This document shows, piece by piece, positions 1 through 9,803 of a stretch of DNA of 64,000 bases. Under the pieces are notes generated by a model, which worked only from the letters and a program-made list of their open reading frames with translations, made no database searches and had not been told where the DNA came from. The position numbers and the translations under genes were made by a program. The stretch's first letter is position 1. Every line of letters starts with the position of its first letter. The stretch comes from an uncultured Spirochaetota bacterium (GTDB lineage: Bacteria > Spirochaetota > Spirochaetia > SZUA-6 > Fen-1364), in the NCBI GenBank assembly GCA_963734545.1, contig CAVTHO010000009.1, positions 1 through 64,000 on the forward strand, given 5' to 3'.

Positions 1-1126
1 GCCGAATCCACCTCCCGCAGAACGCGTCTCCGGGCGTCCCGACCCTGGGCCGCGCTGCGGTCGGAAGCCGCGGCCTCTACACGGCGCGCGGTTTCCACGA
101 TCGCCTCGATCGAGTCGAAGCCGTATCCGACGGGCCGGAGCCCCTCCCCGTCCCACGGCACGAGCCGGAAGAAATCCGGGCTGGCATAGTTGAAATGAGA
201 GCCGCCGGGACCGATTCCCTCCAGGTACGCGTAGCTCACTCCCCGGTCATGATCGTCGTGCCTGATCATCCCTGACTTGCCTTCACCTTCGCAGTAGAGC
301 ACCAGGCCCTGGTCATTGCTTCCCGCGGCAAGGTCGGGATACCCCAGCCCGTTGGCAACGGACAGGAGCGCGCCGTTCTCCCAGCGGACCCGGCCGTGCG
401 ACCAGAGGAATCCCTCGTTGCCGTTGGGAAACCTCCCGCGCACGCCGGCCAGGGAGACCTCGGTGGGCCGAAGCCCCGTGATGAAGTAGACGAGATCGAC
501 GTAGTGACATCCGATGTACGTGAAGGGGTCCGTCATATCGGCGGTGAACCAGTTCTGAAAGTTCGACGTTCGGTAGAAGTACGGCTCGATGAGCCGCGCC
601 TCTCCGAAGACGAACCGCCGAACCGTCCTGCCCGGTAATCCCGGCGGGCCACGAGGGCCCTGCGGTCGAACCTCTTGTGGTACTCCACGCCGACGAACAG
701 CCCGCGATCCCGCGCTTCTTCCCGGATTTCAACGGCCTGCGCGTGCGTGAGAACGAGCGGCTTCACGCACAGCACGTGCTGGTCACCGCGGAGGGCGCGC
801 ATGACACGGGGTAGTGCATCTGGTCCGGCACGGCGATCACCACGAGCTGCCGCGGCTCCATGTCCGAGATGAGCCGGTCAAAGAGCTCCGGGTGGGTCGG
901 CTTCGGGCGGCTCAGAGAGCGGCGGCTGGGAGATGAATGAGCGGTCGGGAAAGGCTTCCCGGATCTCGCGATTGTCGGCGAGTGCGCGAAGCGGTCCCGT
1001 GCTCAGGCTGCACACGGTGATTTCGCCGATGGCGCAGCGGCGCTGCAGATGATAGAGGCACGGGAGAAGCAGGTCAGCCGTGATCATCCCCCCGCCCACC
1101 ACCAGCGTCTGGAAACCCTTTGTCAT
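1..1126 (-). CDS. Gfo/Idh/MocA family oxidoreductase; 3' end outside window; about 3 frameshifts
   Basis: Rossmann start MTKGFQTLVVGGGMIT at ATG 1126. Across frames it reads VVIAVPDQMH, HVLCVKPL, VEYHKRFD and NGLGYPD...NDQG, and the frame is open from ~610 to the window edge. Confidence 0.8.
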
Positions 1127-2518
1127 AGGGCGGGGAGCGGTCCCCGCGAGCACCTCGTCCATGGCCTCACCCAGTGTCTGGATCCCCTCCTCGAGCGCTT
1201 CGCGTGAGATGTCGAGGGCGGGCGCGATCTTGATGCACTCCCCCGCCACTCCCACGGGTGCAAACATGAGCAGCCCCTTGTGGAAGCATTTCTCGTTGAC
1301 GGCGAGCGCTGCTTCCGGGTCGGGCTCCCGAGTGCCCGGTTTCACGATCTGGATCCCTGCCACGAGCCCCCTGCTCTGCACGCAGCCTGCCTGGAGCGGA
1401 TGACGCTTCTGGAGAGCGAGGAGTCCTTCCCGGAGAATCGGGTCCAGCTCCGCCGCGTTCTCCACGTAGCCGTCCTGGCGGAGAACGCGGATGTTGGCGA
1501 TCGCCGCGGCGACCGGCAGAGGGAGAGCCCGAATGCGTCGATGTCATGGAGCCCGGCGGGAACTGCTCCATGACATCCGCGCGGCCGATCACCGCGGACA
1601 GGGGCAGCGAGCTCGAGATGCCCTTTCCGCAGGCGATCAGGTCCGGCACGATGCCATAGTGCTCGAATGCGAACCACTTTCCCGTTCTGCCGAACCCGGA
1701 CTGCACCTCGTCCATGATGAGAAGGACATCGTTTTCCCTGCACCATGCCATGAGGCTTTTCGCGTACGCCGCGGGGAAGAAGTCCGGGCCCACGCCCTGG
1801 TAGCTCTCCGACATGACGCCGCAGACCTGATCAGGGCTGACACCCTTCTGCTCCAGCGTTTCCAGGAAGAGCTCGAAGCGGATATCAGGATTCTTGTACC
1901 CGTCGGGGAAGGGGACCTGCACAAAGCTGTCATCCAGCCTGCCCAGCCATCGTTTCTGTCCCGGATTCCCCCGGCGAGCTGCGCCGCCATTGTGCGGCCG
2001 TGGAACGCGTTCTGGAATGTCACGAGGACCCGGCGCGCGGGTCCATGCCGTTCCCGCCCCCATGCCTTGGCGAGCTTGATGCAGTTCTCCGTGGCTTCGG
2101 ATCCCGTGGAAAGGAGGAAAGCCCGGTAGTCCGGGGACGGCGCGAGACCGACGAGCAACTCGGCAAGCTCCGCCCTCTTCTCATGGGCGAACACGTACGT
2201 GCTGAGAAGAGGCCTGTCGAGCATCTCCCGGAGCGCCGCGATGATTGCCGGATGCGAGTTGCCGACGTTGGAGATCAGCACGCCGGAAGACCAGTCCAGC
2301 CACATGTTCCCCCACCGGTCGTGCACGTGCCAGCCCTCGCTGCGGTCGATGATCACGGGCGGCTGGCCCTGCATCGAAGAGGGCTCGAAACGCTGCAATC
2401 GCTCGAAGATCGGCACCGACTCGGGCACCGGGAGGGCGGTGACGATCCTGCGATGGGGAGACTCGACTCGCGGCACGTTCCGCGGAGTAAGTGAGTACTT
2501 GGGGGGGTGGATGTTCAT
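1123..2518 (-). CDS. Class III PLP-dependent aminotransferase (GabT/ArgD-like), frameshifted at ~1962 and ~1522
   Basis: Motifs WLDWSSGV..SNVGNSHP, LSTGSEATE, NAFHGRT, DEVQSGFGRTG, DLIACGKGISS (PLP lysine) and KIAPALDI, spread over ORFs 1637-2518, 1167-2063 and 878-1465. Stop inferred at the ATGA overlap, 1123-1126. Confidence 0.85.
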
Positions 2519-3688
2519 TTCATCCTCGCGTTCATCGTGGGCGCGTCGAACAGGGTCCGGTCCATCAGCATCGTTTTCAGTATGCGGAGCCGCTCGCTCC
2601 CGGGCGTCCAGGAAAAGACGGTAAGGTTGGCCGGCATTCCCTCCTCGAACTTCGAGAAAGCCTGCCCCACTCCGAGCAGAACAGAGGGATTCACGGTACA
2701 GAGGCGGACGGCATCTCCGATCCCCGCTCCCGTGCAGTTCATGAACTGGGCAAGGTCCCTGTCGAGCAGGTCGGCTGCGCCTGCCAGGTACTCAGTGTCT
2801 CCCAGTCCGAGATGTCCGTCGTCGAATACTCGTACGTCGATGTTCCCCCACTTGTACACGCCGGGGTTCAATCCGCCCATGACTGACGCATCGCTCGCCA
2901 GGATGAGGCGGTCCGGGCCCTTGACGCGCGCAATGACTTTCAGGACGGCAGGAGGCAGGTGGTAGCCGTCCGCGATCACCCCCGCGGAGAGCCTGTCCTC
3001 CGCCAGTTGTTCCCAGAGATAGTTGCGCAGCCGGGGGACGACGCCGTGGCTCCCGTTGCCGAGGTGAGTGGAGCATCGGGCACCGGCAGCGGCGGCCTGC
3101 CGGATCAGCTCAGGCGGACCCGCGGTGTGGCCGATCGAGGCAACCACTCCTCGACGGGTGATCTCGGCAATGAAATCCAGGGCGCCCGTGCGCTCCGGTG
3201 CCAGGGTGATCATCCTGATTCGTCCGCCTGATGCCTCCTGCCACTCCGCATACTCCTTCAGGCTCGGGTCCCGCACGTAGAGCGGGTCGTGGGCGCCGCG
3301 AGGGCCTTCCTGTTCGGAGATATAGGGACCTTCAATGTGGATGCCCGGTATGGCGGCGGCGAGATCAGGAGAGGCGTCCAGCGCCTGCGCAATCGCGCGC
3401 AGGATGCGGAGGATATTCTCCTGCGAATTGGTGACGAGCGTGGGGATGTGCCGTGTCGTCCCGGAGGAGGCGAGCAGGTGGACCACTTTCTCCATGTCAT
3501 CCGGGGACAACTCACGACTGCTGTAGTCGAAACCGGGCATACCCATTGACCTGCATGTCCAGAAATCCCGGGGAAACGTAGGGAGCGTCGTCAGGGGTGC
3601 TGCAGTCCCGTATGTCATGGATGAGGCCCTGGCGCACGGTGAGAGAGACGCCGCGACCGGAGAAAATCGATCTCCCCGTGAAAACCAT
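2515..3688 (-). CDS. nagA: N-acetylglucosamine-6-phosphate deacetylase-like amidohydrolase, +1 frameshift at ~3535
   Basis: ATG 3688 follows GAAGGGG. PGFLDMQVNG(Y)AGFD is reconstructed across the shift, followed by HIEGPYI, GHT, THLGNG, IADGYHLP, SD and LAGA. Confidence 0.8.
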
Positions 3689-3717
3689 CACACCCCTTCG
3701 TCCCCGGATTGAAAGTC

Positions 3718-3898
3718 GATTCCCCCGTGGAATCAGATCCGGATCCTATACCTTCCCCCTGCCGGCCGCAACCTTTTTTTCCTCCGGGATGCGCATTCCA
3801 GGCCTTTTTCACCTGAATTCGCGCCTTCCGCCGCCGCGCCGTTGACACTGGGGCGCCTCGGGAGCATGATTATTAACCTCTTATGTTAATAATTGCCT
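3718..3898. promoter_or_regulatory. Divergent sigma70 promoter cassette, copy 1, with 25-bp palindromic operator
   Basis: Leftward TTGCGG(3771-3766)-N17-TAGGAT(3748-3743). Rightward TTGACA(3842)-N17-CATGAT(3865-3870). Operator ATTATTAAC-CTCTTAT-GTTAATAAT at 3869-3893. The cassette recurs at 16809-16989. Confidence 0.85.
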
Positions 3899-3945
3899 TC
3901 CGCGTCCTTCGGCATCTGCCTGACACGATGGCCGGCATACCGGGA

Positions 3946-5154
3946 ATGAGCTCGCCACTCCTTTCCATGATCGAGCGGGTGCATGAGGGCAGTTCCCACC
4001 GTATCAAGGACCAGGAAAAGGCCCTGTTGCTCCGGGAGATATTCCGCGGCAGTACCCCGACACGAAAAAGCCTGGCCCGGGTGCTCCGTATCCGGCCTTC
4101 CTCGGTTTCAGCGGCTGTGCAGGAGCTCGTCGATGACGGCCTGGTTGAAGAGACCCAGGCGCGCACCAGGAGAAAATCGGGACGTCCGCGCCTCATTCTT
4201 GGTCCGCGCGCGGACAGGTTCGTCGCCATCTCCCTCTACACGGACTCCCGGGAGCTGAAGGGGGTGCTGGTCAACCCCTCGGGAACCGTCCTCGCGGAAG
4301 AGGTGCGTGTCGTCCGTCCCGAGGCGAGGAATACCGGAATCTTCAAGGCAATCCTCGGCTCCCTGCTCAGTTTCCCCTCCCGGGTCCCCCCTGGATCGGA
4401 GCTCATCGGCGCAGGCATTTCTCTGGCAGGGACGGTGAACGCTCACACCCGGACCTGGGTGAGCGTCGCGCGGTGGCCGGGGCTCAGGAACCTGGATCTT
4501 TCAGAGCTGGAAAGGCGGCTTCGTCTTCCGGTGATTCTCAGAAGGACCAACGATACGGAGCTGCAGTACGTCCTGGAGTGCAGTCCCGTGTACACGCGGA
4601 AGAGCGTCCTGCTCTTCCACTGGGGATTCGGCATCGGATCCGCGATGTCCTACAAGGGCACGCTTCTCACCTCGCCCATCGGAAGGTTCGGCGAGATCGG
4701 GCACACGCGCGTCGGGCCTTCATCCGAAGCCCTCTGCATCTGCGGGTCCCGGGGATGCCTGGAGACGGAAGCGGCGCTCTGGGCACTCCTCCCCCGGCTG
4801 CGCCGGCGGCTGGGAGAGCTTCCCGAGGACGAGAAGGAGCTGACCCCTCTCCTGGGCAGCTCGCGGCTTCTTTCCCTGCCGGAAGTCGAGCGGGCCCTCC
4901 GCGCCGTCCAATCCGCCCTGCTCACCCTCTACAGGATATTCTCCCCGGACGCGATCATGCTCAGCGGCCCATTCCCCGAGAACAAGGGGGTATTCCGTCG
5001 GCTGGCGCATGACTTCAACCGCTCGCTTCCCTCCTATGCGAGGGGAGCGGTCACGCTCTCTGTCATTCCCGGCGGATTGCGCGGGTGCCGGCGCGGCGGC
5101 GCGAATCCTCTCTTCCACGATGCGTTCCGTCGCGCATTGAGGAGACGGTCGTGA
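3946..5154 (+). CDS. ROK family transcriptional repressor (NagC/XylR-like)
   Basis: N-terminal HTH (TRKSLARVLRIRPSSVSAAVQELVDDGLVEE, SGRPR), GFGIGSA and the zinc motif EIGH..CICGSRGCLE. Start uncertain (3928, 3946 or 3967); the ORF-track ATG 3883 lies inside the operator. Confidence 0.9.
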   Translation: MSSPLLSMIERVHEGSSHRIKDQEKALLLREIFRGSTPTRKSLARVLRIRPSSVSAAVQELVDDGLVEETQARTRRKSGRPRLILGPRADRFVAISLYTDSRELKGVLVNPSGTVLAEEVRVVRPEARNTGIFKAILGSLLSFPSRVPPGSELIGAGISLAGTVNAHTRTWVSVARWPGLRNLDLSELERRLRLPVILRRTNDTELQYVLECSPVYTRKSVLLFHWGFGIGSAMSYKGTLLTSPIGRFGEIGHTRVGPSSEALCICGSRGCLETEAALWALLPRLRRRLGELPEDEKELTPLLGSSRLLSLPEVERALRAVQSALLTLYRIFSPDAIMLSGPFPENKGVFRRLAHDFNRSLPSYARGAVTLSVIPGGLRGCRRGGANPLFHDAFRRALRRRS

Positions 5155-5173
5155 TTCCCGGACCTCCCGGGAA

Positions 5174-6502
5174 TCACGGCGCGTATCTTCTCGCCCTGCG
5201 CGCGAGAACCACTGCCATCACGATGATCGGAACAAGGGCGAGCAGCAGGAGCACGCGGCTGGCGCCGGTCGCCGCCACGACCCTGATCTGCCTCCCGCTT
5301 TCCGCAAGGGGGGTGCCGTTCCTGTCCAGGGTCATGAATTGGATCCGCTGTATCTCCGGGCGGAGCGGCACGCGAAAGGCCTTCAGGTCCGGCTGCCTGC
5401 CTTTATGGAGGCCCTGCGGCTCATAGGGCACGATCCTGTATCCCAGCGAGCCGGTGCTGGACTGCTGCACGGCGAACGGCTCCTCGAGAATCCGGACGGT
5501 CGGGAAGGCCGGGCCCGCGAGCTCGATTTGCGCCCGGGGGATCTGCTGGATCCGCACCCACTTCATGAGATTCGGATTCCCCTTCGCGTCGTTGCGCACG
5601 GTCTTGGCAATGCGCAGATCGTTGTACTCATCCTGATAGAAGGGCTGAAGAAACAGGTCCGAAGAGCCGTTGACGTAGAGCACGGAGGAAGGCGTCGTCG
5701 ATTCCAGCGGGCGCGTCCATTTGTCTCCGGGGATGATCTCATAGCCGATCCCCTGCACGCGACGCTTTTCGTGCACGACGAGCTTTTTTTCGGAGCCCTC
5801 CAGGATTCTCCCTTCCGGAGCGCGAAAGCGCAGGTCATAGACGCCCGCCGGAAGGTTGAGTATGAAGGCCTCCTGAACCGGTGCGGGAGGCACGATGAAA
5901 TCATCCGGGGCCGTGGGGGCCTCCGGCTTCACCAGCGAGCTCATCCTGTCAACCAGGGCTTCCGGATCTCCCCCCGCGTTGCGGATCCTTTGAATCCTGG
6001 CGATCAGCGTATCCATCTCGGTCTGGTACCGGAGACTCAGGGCCTGGTATCGGCCGACCGCCGCATTGTAGGCATCCATGAGGTCCGTCCAGCGCTTCCA
6101 CGCGATGTCGGCCTCGGCCCCCTGCGCCACCTTCCAGTTCAGCTCGTATTCCCCGCGGACATTGAAATAGGTGTACCGCACCGGGGAAAAGTCCTGGGTC
6201 TTTCCCCGCGGACCGATCAGCTCGAGAACCCCTTCGAATGGAACATTGAGGACGGTGATATCAGTCCTCCATTCGGCCGTCAACGGCCAGTAGTACACCA
6301 TGGCCTTGCGGACCCCCAGGAAGTTGTCCCTCCCGGCGATCAGGTATATCGTGTCTGCCTCTTCCGTGGCGAACGCCGGGCTGTAGTCTCTGCCATTGAA
6401 CGCGAGCAGCGCATAGATGAGGTTTTCTTTCCGCACCGGGACATCAGCGAAAGCCAATGAAAACCCCGCGAGCAGAAGAATGAGAACGGCCGTTTTTTTC
6501 AC
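5174..6502 (-). CDS. Hypothetical exported protein with C-terminal membrane anchor (ABC accessory)
   Basis: GTG 6502 overlaps the permease stop. Signal peptide VKKTAVLILLLAGFSLAFA, a central helical segment, and a C-terminal TM helix followed by RARRYAP. Confidence 0.7.
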   Translation of the reverse strand: MKKTAVLILLLAGFSLAFADVPVRKENLIYALLAFNGRDYSPAFATEEADTIYLIAGRDNFLGVRKAMVYYWPLTAEWRTDITVLNVPFEGVLELIGPRGKTQDFSPVRYTYFNVRGEYELNWKVAQGAEADIAWKRWTDLMDAYNAAVGRYQALSLRYQTEMDTLIARIQRIRNAGGDPEALVDRMSSLVKPEAPTAPDDFIVPPAPVQEAFILNLPAGVYDLRFRAPEGRILEGSEKKLVVHEKRRVQGIGYEIIPGDKWTRPLESTTPSSVLYVNGSSDLFLQPFYQDEYNDLRIAKTVRNDAKGNPNLMKWVRIQQIPRAQIELAGPAFPTVRILEEPFAVQQSSTGSLGYRIVPYEPQGLHKGRQPDLKAFRVPLRPEIQRIQFMTLDRNGTPLAESGRQIRVVAATGASRVLLLLALVPIIVMAVVLARRARRYAP

Positions 6503-7374
6503 GCGCGCACTCCGCGGATCGACAACGCGAGGTGGCTCGCGTAGAGGACGATCCCTGTCAGCGCCGACAGGAGGAGCAGCCCCCCGGCAAGAGTGAGCGG
6601 ATTTTCCAATTCCACCCCCTGGAAGCAGAGACTCCCGTAGAAAAAGGGCGAGAGCCATTTGACGATCCATGCGACAACGGAAGAGAGGGAGCGCACGTAG
6701 CCGCCCACGATGGCGAAAGACCCCAGCAGGATGAGGACAAAGAAGACCAGAATCCCGAAGAACAGCGCGAGGGCGGAGGCGGCGTTCCCCGTCAACGTGG
6801 ATACGAGTATCCCGTAGGCGTAAACGGCAAGAGAAAGAAAGAAGGTGATAAGGAGCGAAAAGAAGAACGTCGGGCCCAGCAGAAGGTTGCTCAGGCCGGC
6901 CGCAAGGGCCAGATAGGAGAGAAGGACCAGGATTATCAGGAGCGTGAGCAGCAGGTCTTTCGCGAAGGAGGCCAGGAAATATGCGGTCCCGTCCGCAGGA
7001 CCGTACGCGAGCAGCTCGATGGCGCCGGCGTTCTTCTCGAGCCCGAACCTGAAGACCGAGCTGACCGCGAGGAAGACGAACACGGGGGCGAAGGAGACCT
7101 GAAAGGCGAACAGGAACGGCCCTTCCGCAAAAAGCTTGTCCAGGAATGTCTTCCCGAAAGCCCCCTCGAGGAGACGGCCAATGGTGGCGTACAGCGGATT
7201 GAGCGAATAGTTGAATCCGCTGGAGTCGACCGCCCGAATGAATCCGTTGACCAGGGCGTAGCCGAGGAGAAGACCGACGGCGAGGGTGAGGTAGAAGCCC
7301 GGGCTGATCAGGGTTTCAAGCAGCTGGCGTTGCGCAATCACACGGGCTGCATGCATGCGCGCGTTCACTCTCAT
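6499..7374 (-). CDS. ABC-2 type transporter permease
   Basis: 291 aa with about 6 TM helices and the motif GLEKNAGAIELL; ATGA-coupled to the ATPase. Confidence 0.8.
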   Translation of the reverse strand: MRVNARMHAARVIAQRQLLETLISPGFYLTLAVGLLLGYALVNGFIRAVDSSGFNYSLNPLYATIGRLLEGAFGKTFLDKLFAEGPFLFAFQVSFAPVFVFLAVSSVFRFGLEKNAGAIELLAYGPADGTAYFLASFAKDLLLTLLIILVLLSYLALAAGLSNLLLGPTFFFSLLITFFLSLAVYAYGILVSTLTGNAASALALFFGILVFFVLILLGSFAIVGGYVRSLSSVVAWIVKWLSPFFYGSLCFQGVELENPLTLAGGLLLLSALTGIVLYASHLALSIRGVRA

Positions 7375-8318
7375 CCTCCCCCCGCTGTCAGTGTTTCCAC
7401 ATTTTCCTGGGTGATGGTGATGAAGGCTTCTTCGAGAGAAAGCGTCTTCTCCTGGATCCGGAGGGGCACGAGGTTCTGCCGGATCAGGAACTCAGACACG
7501 ACTTTACGGAAGTCACCCTCCTTCGGCACGGTGATGACGAGAGTGGTGCCCCGGGCAATGCAGTCGATCACCGCCGGCAGCTCTTTCATCCGCTGCGCGA
7601 GCTGCGCCGGGACGCTTTCCAGCTCGATGTGGATTTCCCGGTCCCTGGTCAGTCGAGAGAGCAGGGACCCCATGGAGTCTTCGGCCAGGAGCCTTCCCCG
7701 GGAGATGATGGCAACCCTGTGGCAGATCTTCTCCATTTCGGACAGCTGGTGAGAAGAGATGAAAATGGTCCTGCCTTCCCTGTTCTCCGAGAGGATCACG
7801 TCCCGCACCTGCTTGATTGCGATCGGGTCGAGCCCGGAAATGGGCTCATCCATGAGGAGGATGTCGGGGTCGGGCAGCAGGGCGCGGATGATGCTGAGCT
7901 TCTGCAGCATCCCTCGTGAGAAATCGTGGATCCTCTTTTCACTCACGGCGGAGAGCTCGAGCTTTTCCAGAAGGTGCCCGATCCTCTCTTCGGGCTTCGC
8001 AATTTCGAACAGGTCAGCGAAGAATTTCAGATACTCGCGGGCAGTGATCCACGGCCATATCCCCCGAGGGTGCTTTTCAGGGACCATGCCGATTCTTTTC
8101 CTCAGATCGAGGCGGCGGGGCCCGTCGCGCTCGCCGAACAGAAGGATCTCACCGGAAGTCGGGCGCGTGATGCCCAGCAGCATCATGATGGTGGAGGTCT
8201 TGCCGGCTCCATTCGGGCCCAGGAATCCGTATATCTCTCCCGGGCGGATGCTCAAGTCGATCCCGTCGACGGCGGTGAAGCTCCCATAGCGCTTCACGAG
8301 GGCCCTGGTCTGGATCAT
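7371..8318 (-). CDS. ABC transporter ATP-binding protein (DrrA/GldA-like)
   Basis: Walker A GPNGAGKTS, signature FSRGM, Walker B ILLMDEP and the SSH switch. Confidence 0.93.
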   Translation of the reverse strand: MIQTRALVKRYGSFTAVDGIDLSIRPGEIYGFLGPNGAGKTSTIMMLLGITRPTSGEILLFGERDGPRRLDLRKRIGMVPEKHPRGIWPWITAREYLKFFADLFEIAKPEERIGHLLEKLELSAVSEKRIHDFSRGMLQKLSIIRALLPDPDILLMDEPISGLDPIAIKQVRDVILSENREGRTIFISSHQLSEMEKICHRVAIISRGRLLAEDSMGSLLSRLTRDREIHIELESVPAQLAQRMKELPAVIDCIARGTTLVITVPKEGDFRKVVSEFLIRQNLVPLRIQEKTLSLEEAFITITQENVETLTAGGG

Positions 8319-9166
8319 TCCTCCCTCACCTTCACGTTCCATGAAGTATCGAGGAAATACCTGATCCTTTTCTCCTTGTCGAGGAATGCCCTGAGCTCCT
8401 CGGTTGTGTCGATCTGTACGGCGCGCGCCATGAGCGCATCCATCTCATTCGACGCAATCAGACGGGGATCGGGAACGAGAATGAGATAGTCGATGACCCG
8501 GTAGAGGGAGGGATCCGCCCTGGTGAGCGCGCCGGGAATTCGCGCCGTGTAGCGGAACACTGTTTCAGGCACGGAATCCCATTCCCACGGGATGCTTCCC
8601 CGAAATACCTCCTGCCCCCGAGAGCTTCCCGCATCCACGGGCTCCTGGACCGGCTTTCCGTTCTGCACCTGCACGTACACACGGCAGCTCACTCTGATGT
8701 CGAGGCAGGGATGGTTTTGCACGGCGCGTCCATCCGTGCCCAGCGGCCTGAGCTGGGCAATGATGTCCCCTCCGGCAGGCCGTTCGAATACCACGAAGCC
8801 GTTGAGGTCCGGTATCTGCACCCCGCGCAATTCGATGGGTTGTGCAAGGCGGTTCGCGCCCCGCGTGAGACGAACGGGAACGGAGACTGGTTCGTACCCC
8901 GGTGCCACGATGGTGAGGGTAGACCGTCCTCTCCTGAGATGCGTGAAGACGAATGGAACGGGCCCCGCGTCCGACTGGTAGAAGACGCGGCTCACCCTGT
9001 CCTGGAGCCGCACGGTGGCATCCCAGACCCAGTTCCTGCTCACCGAGTCCTCGAACCGGAACGACAGAGACGTATCGAAGCTGGCCGTGCCGATATATAC
9101 CGCCAGTGCCACGCACACCAGTGCACCGACGATCAGGATGGAAACAAGGATTGGCCGCGCGTGCAT
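8315..9166 (-). CDS. Hypothetical membrane-anchored protein (carboxypeptidase-regulatory-like beta domain)
   Basis: N-terminal TM helix and the motif LTIVAPGYEPVSVPV; stop overlaps the ATPase start. Confidence 0.7.
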   Translation of the reverse strand: MHARPILVSILIVGALVCVALAVYIGTASFDTSLSFRFEDSVSRNWVWDATVRLQDRVSRVFYQSDAGPVPFVFTHLRRGRSTLTIVAPGYEPVSVPVRLTRGANRLAQPIELRGVQIPDLNGFVVFERPAGGDIIAQLRPLGTDGRAVQNHPCLDIRVSCRVYVQVQNGKPVQEPVDAGSSRGQEVFRGSIPWEWDSVPETVFRYTARIPGALTRADPSLYRVIDYLILVPDPRLIASNEMDALMARAVQIDTTEELRAFLDKEKRIRYFLDTSWNVKVREE

Positions 9167-9176
9167 AGCGGAGGTT

Positions 9177-9205
9177 ACAGTATAGGCGGCCTACCCTGCT
9201 GTCAA
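9177..9205 (-). promoter_or_regulatory. Sigma70-like promoter of the ABC exporter operon
   Basis: TTGACA(9205-9200)-N17-TACTGT(9182-9177), just upstream of ATG 9166. Confidence 0.55.
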
Positions 9206-9215
9206 GCTTTTGCCG

Positions 9216-9779
9216 TCAGGCGATCCTCGGCTTGCAGAGGATCTCGCAGATGCGCAGGTCTTTCACGTGCCGGGCAAAGGCAGGGCGGAGCACGATTGCC
9301 GTATCGGCGCCCTCGTCGGTCCCCGCAATGGCAATGATCTCCGCACCGGCGGTCAGAGCTCCCGCCTCCAGCGCCATGATCGAGGTCTCCACCGCGACTT
9401 TCATCCCTTGAGAGAACCACCGCAGGACGTTCGCCACAAGGTTTCCGGGAGTATTCTCACCGTAGAATCCCTCGGTAATTCCGTCCGCGAGGGCATGCAG
9501 CGAGGTGAGCACCCTGATCCCCTTTTCCTCCATGGCGCGGCGCTCCCCGGCAGCAAGAGTCCACCCCATATCCTCGAATGCCGCGCTGATGCTCACCGCA
9601 ATCAGATCCACATTCGTGCCGCGGAACGCTTCCGCGGCCTGCAGGGCGGTGCTGCCATGAGTGGACGCGACGACGACCTGGCGGATGCCGAGCTCGCGCG
9701 CCCTTTCGCGGGCCATGCGAAGCACCGCCGCGGTGTTCTCGCTCCCCTTTTTTTCGAAGTACATGGTCGTCCGTTCCAT
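9216..9779 (-). CDS. Pyruvate kinase C-terminal-like (alpha/beta) domain protein
   Basis: YFEKKGSENT, VVVASTHGSTAL, QGMKVAVE..IMALEAG, AGTDEGADTA and EILCKPR match this conserved archaeal/anaerobe family. Confidence 0.8.
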   Translation of the reverse strand: MERTTMYFEKKGSENTAAVLRMARERARELGIRQVVVASTHGSTALQAAEAFRGTNVDLIAVSISAAFEDMGWTLAAGERRAMEEKGIRVLTSLHALADGITEGFYGENTPGNLVANVLRWFSQGMKVAVETSIMALEAGALTAGAEIIAIAGTDEGADTAIVLRPAFARHVKDLRICEILCKPRIA

Positions 9780-9803
9780 CTCCTCGCCTCCTGGCGCGCC
9801 GCG

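Noticed and set aside
878-1465. Aminotransferase-oxidoreductase fusion (ORF 878-1465 reads through both)
   Set aside because: An ATGA start/stop overlap sits at 1123-1126, as elsewhere in this operon, and the region is indel-rich. A single missing or extra base explains the read-through.
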